Assembly (NCBI GenBank): GCA_050692985.1 | Contig: JBOGVZ010000049.1 | Location: 80,410 to 144,409, forward strand | Reading direction: 5' to 3' | DNA length: 64,000 nt | DNA from: Actinomycetota bacterium | Lineage (GTDB): Bacteria; Actinomycetota; UBA4738; CALAEC01 | In this document: piece by piece, positions 63,131-64,000 of the stretch | How the letters are laid out: every line of letters begins with the position of its first letter | Numbering within the stretch: position 1 is the stretch's first letter | Made by a program: the position numbers and the translations under genes | The notes under the pieces: generated by a model | The model's input: only the letters and a program-made list of their open reading frames with translations | Databases searched by the model: none | What the model was told of the DNA's origin: nothing

Positions 63131-63720
63131 CGTCCCATCACGATCTCATCCTCGTACCCGGAGGACTTCTTCGAGTGGCCGGACAGCCGCCCCTCCACCG
63201 CGAACCCGAACTTCTCGTACAGGGCCAGGGCCGCCTCGTTGTCCGGGTACACCGATAGGGCAAGCTTCTCCACCCCCGACCACCTGGCCCACCGGAAGGC
63301 CTCCGCCAGCAGCGCCGAGCCGACTCCCCGGGCGCGCCAGTCCGCGGCCACCGACATGCCGAGCGAGGCCACGTGGGCGGTGGCCGGCCCTTCCTCCCGG
63401 CTCACCCCGAGGTGGCCGATCACCCGGTCGCCCACCGCGGCCACGACGTCGGCCCGGTCCGTGGTCCAGGGGCGACGGAACCGGCGCCGGACCATGCGGG
63501 TCCGGGTCCCGGTCACCTCCTCGATGCGGATGAATCGACGCTCGGCGGCGACCTCGGCCAGCATCGCCAGCATGGAGCGAGCGTCCCGCGGGCGGGCCCG
63601 CCGGACCTCCACCTCCGGCGGGGGCTCTGACCGGGGGATCGGACCGCCGGCCTGAGGCCGACCCAAGCCGTTCTTCTCGGGGGGATCGCCGGCTCTCCGT
63701 CCTCGTGTCCTCTCACCCAT
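63121..63720 (-). CDS. GNAT-family N-acetyltransferase
   Basis: The C-terminal half carries the acetyl-CoA binding motif WRARGVGSALL and ...ALALYEKFGF. Its start codon lies inside a tandem duplication. Confidence 0.7.
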   Translation of the reverse strand: MGERTRGRRAGDPPEKNGLGRPQAGGPIPRSEPPPEVEVRRARPRDARSMLAMLAEVAAERRFIRIEEVTGTRTRMVRRRFRRPWTTDRADVVAAVGDRVIGHLGVSREEGPATAHVASLGMSVAADWRARGVGSALLAEAFRWARWSGVEKLALSVYPDNEAALALYEKFGFAVEGRLSGHSKKSSGYEDEIVMGRWL

Positions 63721-63826
63721 GGCCGGCTACTCCCCCCGAACCCCCCCGGTTCTTCTCGGGGGGATCGCTGGCCCTCCGTCCTCGTGTGCTCTCACCCATG
63801 GCCGGCTTCTCCCCCGAACCCCCCTA
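63671..63826. repeat. Tandem direct repeat, 2 copies of ~79 bp (about 92% identical)
   Basis: gttcttctcggggggatcgccggctctccgtcctcgtgtcctctcacccatggccggctactccccccgaaccccc repeats immediately with few substitutions. It spans the GNAT start codon and extends to the argS stop. Confidence 0.8.
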
Positions 63827-64000
63827 CGGTCGCTCCTCCAGCCGCTCCATCGACTCGGGGCCGGAGACGCCCAGCAGGTCGAGCACGTTGGCGATGACCT
63901 GCTTCGTGGCCGCGGCCAGCTGGAGGCGGGCCTGCGTGAGGGCCGCGTCGTCGGTCACGACCCGGCACTCGGTGTAGAAGCGGTGGAACCCGGCAGCGAG
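63825..64000 (-). CDS. argS: Arginine--tRNA ligase, C-terminal fragment (5' end outside window)
   Basis: Reverse translation ...[57 protein letters not shown] matches the DALR anticodon-binding C-terminus of ArgS. Confidence 0.7.

Overview
Scope: this is a high-GC (about 70% by eye) bacterial chromosomal segment of actinobacterial type, and almost every gene lies on the minus strand. It carries a conserved backbone that, read along the minus strand, matches the mycobacterial order. That order is argS (3' end), hom, thrC, thrB, rho, rpmE, prfA, prmC, tsaC, wecA, then the F1Fo ATP synthase operon (atpZ/I-B-E-F-H-A-G-D-C), then murA and meaB. Accessory blocks interrupt this backbone.

- **Block 1 (7.3-20.2 kb, between murA and atpC).** It contains a secreted S8 protease and two paralogous secreted LVIVD-repeat beta-propeller proteins, one with RTX-type Ca-binding repeats. 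It also contains a Calx-beta protein, a membrane-anchored Lys-rich cupredoxin in a low-GC patch, and a fused CopC-CopD, a YcnI-like Cu-binding protein, an ECF sigma/anti-sigma pair and an XRE regulator with palindromic operator-like sites. I read this block as a candidate ECF-controlled extracytoplasmic copper-handling island that includes uncharacterised secreted partners.
- **Block 2 (46.2-50.0 kb).** A second CopC-CopD/YcnI module whose YcnI paralog is split by a frameshift.
- **Block 3 (42.4-44.1 kb).** A low-GC secreted beta-propeller gene inserted between prmC and prfA. It shares a Lys-rich C-terminal module with the Calx-beta protein of block 1.
- **Block 4 (52.6-56.4 kb).** An archaeal-type 2-phosphoglycerate kinase plus cyclic-2,3-diphosphoglycerate synthetase pair, with an Fsa-type aldolase and a metallophosphoesterase.
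- **Block 5 (27.8-36.5 kb).** A potABCD-like ABC transporter plus a class III aminotransferase, an L,D-transpeptidase, and an RTX/DUF11/M23-like secreted protein.

Other notable sites:
- a perfect CRP-type TGTGA-N6-TCACA site in the atp/pot divergent region;
- GC-rich hairpin terminators;
- a 79-bp tandem duplication between argS and a GNAT gene;
- an extended acidic C-terminus on AtpA.

No rRNA, tRNA, CRISPR or obvious mobile element genes were seen. All coordinates come from hand reading and may be off by 1-3 nt. Several start codons are GTG or uncertain.
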